Below the pieces are notes generated by a model. The model ran no database searches. It was not told the origin of the DNA and worked only from the letters and a program-made list of their open reading frames with translations. The position numbers and the translations under genes are program-made. From Bacteroidota bacterium (GTDB lineage: Bacteria > Bacteroidota > Bacteroidia > 2-12-FULL-35-15): 64,000 nt of DNA. How positions within the stretch are numbered: the stretch's first letter is position 1; each line of letters starts with the position of its first letter. Positions 7,374 through 16,400 of this stretch are shown here, in pieces. The stretch is taken from the NCBI GenBank assembly GCA_025963775.1, contig JAOQAD010000018.1, forward strand, positions 992 to 64,991, given 5' to 3'.

Positions 7374-9272
7374 ATGAAAAAGATCCTTCCTTTATTTCTC
7401 CTCCTTCTTGCAGTGCATGCCCGCGGAAAAGAGATCGAACTGAAAACAACGATCACGGATGTTACCGTATTCCAAAGCGGTGCACAGGTGAAACGTACCG
7501 GCACTGTCACGCTCCCGGCCGGTGAATACGAGGTGGTGATCCGGGATGCCACTTCATTGTTGAAAAAGGAAAGCATCCAGGTAAAAGGCGATGGCAGCTT
7601 CACCATTATTTCTGTCAATCACCAGGTGGACCTCGGCGACCAGGAGCAGGACAAGGCAAAATGGGCGGAGCTTGAATCAAAGGAAAAAGAGCTCAGGCGG
7701 AAAATGGAAGACGTATCCGTAAAGATCGAAGTGCTGCGCACGGAAGAGGCAGTGGTGAACAACCTTCAGTCGGTAAGCACTACCACGGAAGGCGTTACGG
7801 TGGAGCAGATCGCGAAAGCGCAGGAGCTTCTGAAAACAAAGCTGGCGCTGATCAAAAACGAAAAGCTTGTTGCCAGCCGCCAGATGAAGGAATTATACGA
7901 CGAGCACCAAACCGTTACACAGCAACTGAGCGTACTCAAAACGCCGAAGCAGCATGTTACGTACGAGATCATAGTGAAGGTGCTGGCAAAGGCGGAGACA
8001 AAAGCAGAATTCACGCTCAGCTATATTGTTCCGAATGCGCGCTGGTTCCCGACGTACGACCTTCGTGTAAAAACTGTTGCAGAGCCGATGGTGATCGATT
8101 ACAAAGCGAATGTGACCCAGCAGACGGGTGAGGACTGGAACAATGTGAAGCTGAAGCTTTCCACCGGCGACCCTTCCCTGTCATCACAAAAGCCGAAGAT
8201 TGAAACATGGTGGCTCAGCCTGAACCGGCCGTATGTTCAGCCAAGGCAGCAATCCAATTATTACCGCTACACCGATGCGCGTTTTACAAAAGTAAAAGGA
8301 ACGGTGATGGATAGGACAACAGGCGAGGCGCTCCCGTTTTGCTCCGTGATGGTGGAGGGCACCAACATCGGGACCAGTACCGATCTTAACGGGAATTTCA
8401 GCCTTGTGCTGCCTGAGAACGGGAACAATTTAAAAGTGTCGTATGTGGGCTATGAAGCGCAGGTGCTGGCAGTAACAAGCGAAGACATGAAGATCTATCT
8501 TGAAAGCGGAGTGCAGCTGGAAGAAGTTCAGATCGTATCCAATACTGCAGGTGTTTATGATGGAATAAGCGATCAGATCAGCAAGGTGCCGGGGGTCAGG
8601 GGTGGCCGCTCCGATAAAAATAAATACATTGCCAATGCTGTAACGGCAACCCCAACCCTCAACATTGTCAGCACCGAATTTACGATCGATGAAAAGTACA
8701 CCATCATTTCCGATCCGAAGAATATCACCGTTGCCATTCAATCGATCCAGTCGAATGTAAAATACCAGTATTACTGCGCCCCACGCCTCGACAAAGATGT
8801 ATTCCTCACTGCGCAGATGGTTGACTGGGAACAGTACAACCTGCTGGAAGGCCAGGCAAATGTGTTTTTCGAAGGCACATTCATTGGCAGCACCCTGCTC
8901 GATACACGCTACCTTACCGATACACTGGAGATCTCGCTTGGCCGCGACAAAAGCGTAAAAGTGGAGCGCAAAAAATCAAAGGACTTTAACAAGCATGCCG
9001 TTTTCGGAAGCGATAATATCGCGAACCGCCAGTGGGACATCACTGTGAGAAACGGCAAGCAGCAAAGCATCGACATCATTCTCGAAGACCAGTTCCCGGT
9101 GTCTGCCGACAGCAAGATCGATGTGAAGCAGGAAGAGAAGAGCGGCGGGAAGCTGGATGAGAAAACAGGCATCGTTACCTGGCAGTACCAGCTGGAGCCC
9201 GGCGGAACAAAAACAATGCAGCTGAAATACACAGCACGCTATCCGAAAGGTACCTTCATCGGGCTTGATTAA
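7374..9272 (+). CDS. secreted DUF4140/DUF4139 (TIGR02231, MuiA-like) protein with an inserted CarboxypepD_reg-like domain; paralogue 1
   Basis: Signal peptide MKKILPLFLLLLAVHA. N-terminal ITDVTVFQSGAQVKRTGTVTLPAGEYEV, coiled-coil middle, then YIVPNARWFPTYDLRV. Inserted GTVMDRTTGEALPFCSVMVEGTNIGTSTDLNGNFSL. Confidence 0.7.
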   Translation: MKKILPLFLLLLAVHARGKEIELKTTITDVTVFQSGAQVKRTGTVTLPAGEYEVVIRDATSLLKKESIQVKGDGSFTIISVNHQVDLGDQEQDKAKWAELESKEKELRRKMEDVSVKIEVLRTEEAVVNNLQSVSTTTEGVTVEQIAKAQELLKTKLALIKNEKLVASRQMKELYDEHQTVTQQLSVLKTPKQHVTYEIIVKVLAKAETKAEFTLSYIVPNARWFPTYDLRVKTVAEPMVIDYKANVTQQTGEDWNNVKLKLSTGDPSLSSQKPKIETWWLSLNRPYVQPRQQSNYYRYTDARFTKVKGTVMDRTTGEALPFCSVMVEGTNIGTSTDLNGNFSLVLPENGNNLKVSYVGYEAQVLAVTSEDMKIYLESGVQLEEVQIVSNTAGVYDGISDQISKVPGVRGGRSDKNKYIANAVTATPTLNIVSTEFTIDEKYTIISDPKNITVAIQSIQSNVKYQYYCAPRLDKDVFLTAQMVDWEQYNLLEGQANVFFEGTFIGSTLLDTRYLTDTLEISLGRDKSVKVERKKSKDFNKHAVFGSDNIANRQWDITVRNGKQQSIDIILEDQFPVSADSKIDVKQEEKSGGKLDEKTGIVTWQYQLEPGGTKTMQLKYTARYPKGTFIGLD

Positions 9273-9280
9273 AGGGAAAT

Positions 9281-9366
9281 GTCAGTTCGTTCCGATAGCT
9301 ATCACGCTTTGCAACGTATCAGGAATAGTGTCAGTTCGAGTAGTGAGGTACGAGCGTATCGAGAAC
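9281..9366. repeat. short intergenic repeat element (gtcagttcg ... gtatcgagaac)
   Basis: gtcagttcg occurs twice here (9281, 9330). gtcagttcgag..gtatcg(a/g)gaac recurs at 53478..53521. Confidence 0.5.
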
Positions 9367-9437
9367 AAGCACCGTTAATAATCCTGCTTTCAATGCTTCG
9401 GAGATTTTTAACTTAAAAGAAATTTAAAAAATAAAAT

Positions 9438-11495
9438 ATGAGAACACTTTCTCTTTTACTGGTACTGCTTGTATTCAGTGTGAATGCCAAAGAGGTCGAC
9501 ATGAAGACCACCATCACGGAAGTAACCGTATTCCAGAGCGGGGCACAGGTGAAGCGCACGGGCTCCGTAAAAATTCCGGCAGGTGAATCTGAAATAAAGA
9601 TCATGGACGCGACTTCCTTATTGAAAAAGGAAAGCATCCAGGTAAAAGGGGAAGGGAATTTTACGATCCTTTCGGTGAACCACCAGGTGTTGCTGAACGA
9701 TGTGGAAAATGAAAAGGCAAAATGGGCGGCGCTTGAAGCCAGGCAAAAAAGCTTGATGCAGCAGATGGAAGAGCTGAGCGTAAAGCTCCAGGTGCTGAAT
9801 TCGCAGGAAGCTTCGATCATGAACCTGAAGGACATCTCCACTGCAACAAAAGGCGTTACCGTAGAGCAGATCGCAAAAGCGCAGGAGCTTGTCCGCGTAA
9901 AGCTCACAGAGATCAAAAATGAAAAGCTGAAAAATTCCAGGCTGATCCTCGATCTGTTTGATGAGCACAAAACTGTGACGCAGCATCTCGTGGCGCTGAA
10001 AACGCCGAAGCAGAATGTGCGTTATGAGATCGTGATCAAAGTGTTTGCAAAAACAGAAGTGCAGGGAGATTTTATTGTGAGCTACATTGTTCCGAATGCG
10101 CGTTGGTATCCAAGCTACGACCTGCGCGTAAAGAATGTTTCAGAGCCGATGACCATCGAGTACAAAGCAAATGTTTCGCAGGAAAGCGGCGAAGACTGGA
10201 ACAACATCAAATTGAAGCTCTCAACCGGCGATCCTTCACAGTCATCGCAGAAGCCAAAGATAGAGCAGTGGTGGCTGTACCTGAACCAAAGCTATATTCA
10301 GCCCCGCCAGCAGAATAATTTTTACAGGTACACCGATGCACGCTTCACGCATGTGAACGGGATCATCATCAATGAGGAAACGGGAGAGCCGGTTCCATGG
10401 TGCACTGTAATGGTTCCCGGAACAAACATCGGGACAACAGCTGATGCTGAAGGAGGTTTTTCGCTGGTGCTTCCGGCAGATGCGAAAGAGCTGTATGTGT
10501 ATTCAGTTGGTTATGCAACACAGGCAGTGGCTATTTCTCAAAAGGAGCTGGTGATCAAACTGCAGAAGCAGGAAATTCCGCTGAACGAGATGGTGAAGAC
10601 CGATTATGAAAAACAATTGATGTCCCTTCAATCGCCTGTGTTCTCTACGGATTATGAAGGCGAGCTTTCCATACTGGATGTACCGGTGAATCCTGTATAT
10701 GAGTATGGCTTTGGCGGAGGAAGCGGTGTTTCCCTGGGTGCAGCTGGCAACGCGTATTCATATGGCTGGGCCCCATCTGTAGATGCAGATACAAAATCGG
10801 GATCCACTGTTACAAGGGAGGCATATTCGAGTATGTCGGTAAACAAGATAGATGCGCTGCAGGTGACTTCCACCAAAACGCTGAACATAGTGAGCACCGA
10901 ATTTTCCATCGAAGAGAAATACAGCATCCCTTCCGATCCGAAAAGCATTTCGGTGATGATCCAGAGCATCCTTACGGAAGCAAAGTACCAGTATTACTGC
11001 GCACCGCGGCTCGACAAAGATGTGTTCCTCACTGCACAGCTCGTGAACTGGGAGCAGTATAACCTGCTCGAAGGACAAGCCAATGTGTTCTTTGAGGGTA
11101 CGTTCGTCGGCAATACATTTTTTGATACCCGCTACCTCGTGGATACGCTTGAAGTGTCGCTGGGCCGCGATAAAGGCATTAAGGTGGAACGTAAGAAATC
11201 GAAAGAGTATAACAAGCGCCAGGTGGCCGGCAACGACAATATCACTTACCGCGATTGGGACATTACCGTGCGCAATGCAAAGCAGCAGGCGATAGAGATC
11301 ATCATTGAAGACCAGTTCCCGGTATCGGACGACAGCAAGGTGGTGGTTACACAGGAAGAAAAAAGCGATGGTAAATTAAATGAAACCACAGGCATTGTTT
11401 CCTGGCCGCTGAAGCTGGAGCCTTCCGCCACAAAAGACCTGCAGCTGAAATACAAGGTGAAATATCCGAAGGGCAGCTTTATCGGATTGGACTGA
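9438..11495 (+). CDS. secreted DUF4140/DUF4139 protein with a CarboxypepD_reg-like insert; paralogue 2
   Basis: Collinear with 7374..9272 over its whole length, with long identical peptide runs (e.g. TVFQSGAQVKRTG, LLKKESIQVKG, YQYYCAPRLDKDVFLTAQ). It carries an extra insertion of roughly 50 aa before the DUF4139 part. Confidence 0.7.
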   Translation: MRTLSLLLVLLVFSVNAKEVDMKTTITEVTVFQSGAQVKRTGSVKIPAGESEIKIMDATSLLKKESIQVKGEGNFTILSVNHQVLLNDVENEKAKWAALEARQKSLMQQMEELSVKLQVLNSQEASIMNLKDISTATKGVTVEQIAKAQELVRVKLTEIKNEKLKNSRLILDLFDEHKTVTQHLVALKTPKQNVRYEIVIKVFAKTEVQGDFIVSYIVPNARWYPSYDLRVKNVSEPMTIEYKANVSQESGEDWNNIKLKLSTGDPSQSSQKPKIEQWWLYLNQSYIQPRQQNNFYRYTDARFTHVNGIIINEETGEPVPWCTVMVPGTNIGTTADAEGGFSLVLPADAKELYVYSVGYATQAVAISQKELVIKLQKQEIPLNEMVKTDYEKQLMSLQSPVFSTDYEGELSILDVPVNPVYEYGFGGGSGVSLGAAGNAYSYGWAPSVDADTKSGSTVTREAYSSMSVNKIDALQVTSTKTLNIVSTEFSIEEKYSIPSDPKSISVMIQSILTEAKYQYYCAPRLDKDVFLTAQLVNWEQYNLLEGQANVFFEGTFVGNTFFDTRYLVDTLEVSLGRDKGIKVERKKSKEYNKRQVAGNDNITYRDWDITVRNAKQQAIEIIIEDQFPVSDDSKVVVTQEEKSDGKLNETTGIVSWPLKLEPSATKDLQLKYKVKYPKGSFIGLD

Positions 11496-11547
11496 GAATC
11501 CGGCATTCTTTTTACAAGGATCAGAACAAACCAATTTTAAGCTGAGT

Positions 11548-12003
11548 ATGGCACACCTTCCCTTAGTCACCTGTGGCATTTATTTATTTGATATCAATAT
11601 CCGGAAATTTTTGATCTGTCATGCTACAAACGCGTCCTGGAAAACCTGGTCGCTGCCGAAAGGATTAAAGGACAATGACGAGGCCGCCTATGATGCGGCG
11701 ATAAGGGAGCTGAAGGAAGAAACAGGAATCGATGCTTCACAGCTCAACATCCTGGAAACAGTGGAACTTCCACCGGTGCCTTATAAAAAGCAAAACAAAG
11801 TGCTCGAATCCTTCCTGGTCATAACCAACACTTCCCTGCAGGATCATAAATTTGTTTGTGCCTCCCTGACCAAACACAATATCCCGGAAGTAGACCGCTG
11901 GGACTGGATCTCAGCAGAGCAGATGAAATTAAAGCTGCATGAAAGCCAGCTGGAGAATTACGAAGAGATCATCGCATGCATCAATAGATTGCCGGGAAAA
12001 TAA
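11548..12003 (+). CDS. NUDIX hydrolase
   Basis: Exact Nudix box GLKDNDEAAYDAAIRELKEETGI (GX5EX7REUXEEXGU). Confidence 0.85.
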   Translation: MAHLPLVTCGIYLFDINIRKFLICHATNASWKTWSLPKGLKDNDEAAYDAAIRELKEETGIDASQLNILETVELPPVPYKKQNKVLESFLVITNTSLQDHKFVCASLTKHNIPEVDRWDWISAEQMKLKLHESQLENYEEIIACINRLPGK

Positions 12004-12229
12004 TTTTTCCGGTTTTATAAGCTCGCACGATTTTTTAGTGATGCTTTAATGATCAGGTTTGATTTTTCGTGTGGACTTATCGCCACTTCCCTTTTATAAT
12101 TTTTGATTCATTTCCTTCATAAAAGATGGTGTAAGCCATGGATAGGCATTGGTATGTTTTTTAAGAAAAAAATCAGGCGAAGATCCACCATAATTCTTTG
12201 CCAGTATTAACTCTTAATTTTTTATCAAC

Positions 12230-13375
12230 ATGGAAAATAAAAACAACAAAGACCACTCTGCTACGATGCAGAAAAATTCAACTGAAAAAGCAGAAGAAAA
12301 AAACGGGTTAAGCTCCGGTTCAAAAACCGGCACGAATAAATCATCAGACACAAAGGATGAGTCTTATTCATCCAAACAATCCGGATCGGAAAGCAGCACG
12401 GGCACAACATCCGAAAACAAGCAATCCGGTGAAAATGGTTTAAGCCAGGGTTCTTACAACCAGGGTGGTTCAGGACAAGGCAACTATAACCAGGATAGCC
12501 AGGGCTCTTATAACCAAAGCAGTTATGGGCAGAACGGGAATAACAACGGTTCTCAAATGAACCAGGGCGGCTACGGGCAGGGTAACCAGGGCTCTTATAA
12601 CCAGGGCGGCTATGGACAGAACGGAAACAACAACGGTTCTCAAATGAACCAGGGTGGCTACGGACAAGGCAACCAGAATGGGTATGGACAGGGGAATTAT
12701 AATCAGGGCGGTTATAACCAGGGTAACCAGGGTTCCTATAACCAGGGTGGTTACGGGCAGGGTAATCAGGGCTCTTACAACCAGGGAGGTTATGGACAAG
12801 GTAATTATAACCAGGGTAACCAGGGATATTATAACCAGGGCGGTTACGGACAAAATGGAAATAATAATGGTTCACAGATGAACCAGGGCTACGGCGGAAA
12901 CCAGGGATTTAATCAAAATCCTTACAACCAGGGCGGTTACGGACAGGGTAACAACCAGGGAGGTTATGGACAAGGTAATTATAACCAGGGTAACCAGGGC
13001 TCATACAACCAGGGAGGGTACGGACAAGGTTATAATGATCAGTCGTACGGCCATGGTAACCACATGAATTCAAACAACAGGGGATATAATTCCGGCGGAG
13101 GTTATGGAAGATCTTCGGGAGATTCATCATACGGCCGCGGAGAATACGGTGGATATGAAGGAAGGAATTCCGGAAGGGGATATAATGATGAGCAGAACGG
13201 ATCCGATAATTATCAGCGTCAGAGCCGCGGAAACTACCAGGATGATTTTGATTCGCAGCGTTCGGGAAATGATTATTACGGCGGAGAGAACGGCGCTTAC
13301 GGAGACAATGACAACGATCAGCGTTACGGAAACAACGGCAGAAGAAACCAGAGAGGAAGATCATCCCGTTGGTAA
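12230..13375 (+). CDS. intrinsically disordered Q/N/G/Y-rich low-complexity protein with an R/G/Y/D-rich tail
   Basis: 381-aa ORF with no hydrophobic segment. It has repeated GGYGQGNQGSYNQ and NGNNNGSQMNQ units, then GRGEYGGYEGRNSGRGY...RRNQRGRSSRW. A hairpin terminator follows the gene. Confidence 0.75.
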   Translation: MENKNNKDHSATMQKNSTEKAEEKNGLSSGSKTGTNKSSDTKDESYSSKQSGSESSTGTTSENKQSGENGLSQGSYNQGGSGQGNYNQDSQGSYNQSSYGQNGNNNGSQMNQGGYGQGNQGSYNQGGYGQNGNNNGSQMNQGGYGQGNQNGYGQGNYNQGGYNQGNQGSYNQGGYGQGNQGSYNQGGYGQGNYNQGNQGYYNQGGYGQNGNNNGSQMNQGYGGNQGFNQNPYNQGGYGQGNNQGGYGQGNYNQGNQGSYNQGGYGQGYNDQSYGHGNHMNSNNRGYNSGGGYGRSSGDSSYGRGEYGGYEGRNSGRGYNDEQNGSDNYQRQSRGNYQDDFDSQRSGNDYYGGENGAYGDNDNDQRYGNNGRRNQRGRSSRW

Positions 13376-13393
13376 TAAAAACAGATCATCAAT

Positions 13394-13427
13394 AAAAAAG
13401 CTATCATGTTTCTATGATAGCTTTTTT
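13394..13427 (+). terminator. intrinsic terminator
   Basis: aaaaaagctatcat-gtttc-tatgatagctttttt. Confidence 0.7.
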
Positions 13428-13444
13428 ATTATCCTTTAAAAATA

Positions 13445-13479
13445 AAAACCCTTGTAAACATTTGTTCACAAGGGTTTTT
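13445..13479 (-). terminator. intrinsic terminator of the large T9SS gene
   Basis: aaaaacccttgt..acaagggttttt hairpin with A/T runs on both sides. Confidence 0.65.
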
Positions 13480-13493
13480 CGTTCAAATAAAAA

Positions 13494-16400
13494 TTACTGG
13501 ATCACGATCTTCTTATAGTAGCTGTTGTCAGCATTGCTGATCTGCAGCATATAAACACCTTTGGCTTCTCCCGACAGGCTGATCTCTTTCTCATTAACAG
13601 CGCTCAGCTTTTCGGAATAAATAACTTTGCCCAAAACGTTTGTGATAGTTAATGTGATCGTTTGATCTGCCATGTTGTTTACAAGAAGCATGAACGTGCC
13701 GTTGTTCGGGTTAGGATACACGTTGATCTCCGGTTCGCTTTCCGGGTTGCTGTTTGATGCAGCAATTGATCCGTCCCTCAGGCAGGATGCGATCGTAATG
13801 TGTTTTGACCGCTGTGCGCTTTGCCCGCAATCGTTGATCGCACGCACAGTTACATTGCCTGCAGAATTGCCCCAGTTAACAGTGATGGAGTTGCTTCCCT
13901 GTCCGCCCGTGATGTTTGCACTTGCCGGAACTGACCACAAATAACTGCTTGCACCGCTGACAGCTGCTACAGAAAAATTAATGCCTGTTTCAGACGGGCA
14001 AACACTTGATGGCCCGCTGATGGCTGCAGGAGCTGCAGTGACAGAGCGCAGCAATGTTGATCGCGCTGAGCTGTTCCCGCATCCGTTGCTTGCATATACT
14101 GTAAGGTTCCCTGACGTGAATGTACTGTCGAAGTACACATCAATGCTTGTCGTGCCTTGTCCGTTCACAATGTTTGCGCCCGCCGGTGCTGTCCATGTAT
14201 AGGATGTGGCACCCAGCGCTGCAGGCACACTATATGTTTGTGAAGAAATTCCTGAAGTGCATAAACCTACCTTTGTTCCGGAAATTGCTCCCGGTGTTAC
14301 AGGAACAGAACGTAATAACGTGGAGCGTACTCCGCTGCTTCCGCAGGCATTGTTCGCAATAACCGTAAGATTACCGGAAGTGAAAGTAGAATCAAAATAA
14401 ACATTCACAGAATCGGTTCCCTGTCCGCTTCCAATGAACGCTCCCGCAGGCGTAGTCCATGTGTAAGAAGTGGCGCCGCTTACAGGAGCAATGGAATAAT
14501 GCACCGTGCCGCTATATGATTGGCAAAGCTCTGTTTTCTGCCCGGTGATCGCACCCGGAGTGTTCGGCACCGAATGAAGTGCAATGCTTCTCACTGCACT
14601 TGACCCGCATGCATTGTTAGCAGTCACAGTAAGGTTGCCCGATGTAAACGTGCTGTCGAACAATACGCTGACCGAGTCGGTTCCCTGCCCGCTGAGAATG
14701 GTTGCACCTGCCGGAACAGCCCATGTATAGGATGTTGCGCCGTTTACAGGATTTATTGAATAAGTAACCGTTGAATTTCCTGCAGCACATAATTCGGTGC
14801 GTGGCCCGGTGATCGCTCCCGGCGTGCCCGATACCGATCTCAGCAATGCTGTTTTTTCCGGGCTGTCGCCGCAGCTTCCGGAAGTATGCACCGAAATGTT
14901 CCCGGAAGTAAATGCACTGTCGATGCTCACTGTGATCGTGTCATTGCCTTGCCCGGATGTAATGGTAACACCCGTTGGAACAGTCCATGTATAGTTAACT
15001 GTTCCTGCAACAGGGTTCACATAATAGACCGCACTGGAAATTCCCGAAGGGCATAATCCTGATTTAGGGCCATGAATGTTGCCTGGTGTCACTGTCTGTG
15101 TTGGTGCCTGCAGCGTGATGGAAATGGCAGGGCCTGATCCGCAGGCATTGGTAGTTGCTACAGAAAGCGTTCCGCCCATGGAAGTATTGTCGAACGTTAC
15201 TTCAATGTGTGTTGTACCCTGGCCGGAAAGAATGGTAGTCCCGGCAGGAACGGTCCATGTATAGCTTTCAAGGTAGTTTGTATAAGAGGTGGTATCTACA
15301 TCATACGAGTATACAACCGAAGGCGCGCAAAGGTTCGTGGTCTGCCCGAGAATCGTCGTTCCCGGCTGTGGAGGAACGGATGTAAGATGCAGTGTGATTT
15401 CATTCCCGCTTCCGCAGAAATTGGAAGGAGTTACCGAAATATCACCGGAGCTGAAAGTGCTGTCAATAAAAACAGTGATCATGCCTGTGCCTTGTCCATC
15501 GGTGATAGTGGTTCCTGCAGGGCTTGTCCACGTATAAGTGGTTGAGCCTGAAGCAGGGGATACATAATATGTAACATAGGGTGTATTGGACGAACACACC
15601 GCAGAGCTTTGTCCGTAGATCGCCTGCACAGATGGGATGGAATTAAGTGTGATCTGTGTAGAGTCGCTGCTGCCGCATGAATTGTTTGCATACACGCCAA
15701 GGTACCCGGAAGTAAATGTACTGTCAATGGTCACAGCTAAAGTATCGGTACCTTGTCCTGCAACAATCGTAACTCCTGCCGGAACCACCCATGTATAGGA
15801 AGTTGCACCACTTACAGGGCTTGCATGATAGGTAGTTGAAGAAATTCCTGAAGGACATAAACCTTCAGTGATCCCTGTAATATAATTAACCCGGAGAGGA
15901 TACGGGAAAAGTGACAGTGACTGCATCCCGCTGCTTGCACAGTCGCTGTTTGCTGTCACTGTAAGATCGCCGCCTGTAAAGGATGAACCAAAATCAATGA
16001 TCACATTTTCGGTTCCCTGCCCTGAAATAATGGTTGCGCCCGTAGGTGCTGTCCATGTGTAGGAAACAGCGCCCGGTACCGAAGGAATGGAATAAGATTC
16101 CTGCACAAGGCATAAAGCATGGGTGTTGCCGGTAATGCTGCCTGGTGTTGCAGGGCCCGGAGAAATATTATCCTTATAGCTCACATACGTTCCCGATGGC
16201 CCGCTTACTGTTACGGAAATACTTCCCCCGGTGAATGAGCTGTCTGTATCAACAATGATCGAGTCGGTGCCTTGCCCGGCGGTAATGGTCATGTGGTCGG
16301 ATACTCCCCAATAAAAGGAAGTAGCGCTGGTGTCAGTGATCGAATAAACAATATTGCTGCTGTTCGGGCAAACTATATCCGGCCCTGCAATCTCCTGGAC

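Noticed and set aside
12470-13030. Simple-sequence-like tandem repeats, considered as a possible non-coding minisatellite.
   Set aside because: They lie inside a long ORF with a start, a distinct non-repetitive N-terminus and tail, and its own terminator. They are treated as coding low-complexity sequence. Expression evidence is still needed, because both strands stay open here.
13780-16330. Regular ~250-nt DNA periodicity that could be mistaken for a CRISPR array or a non-coding tandem repeat.
   Set aside because: The repeats are long, imperfect and have no short unique spacers. All lie in frame within one 1400-codon ORF and encode PKD-like protein modules.
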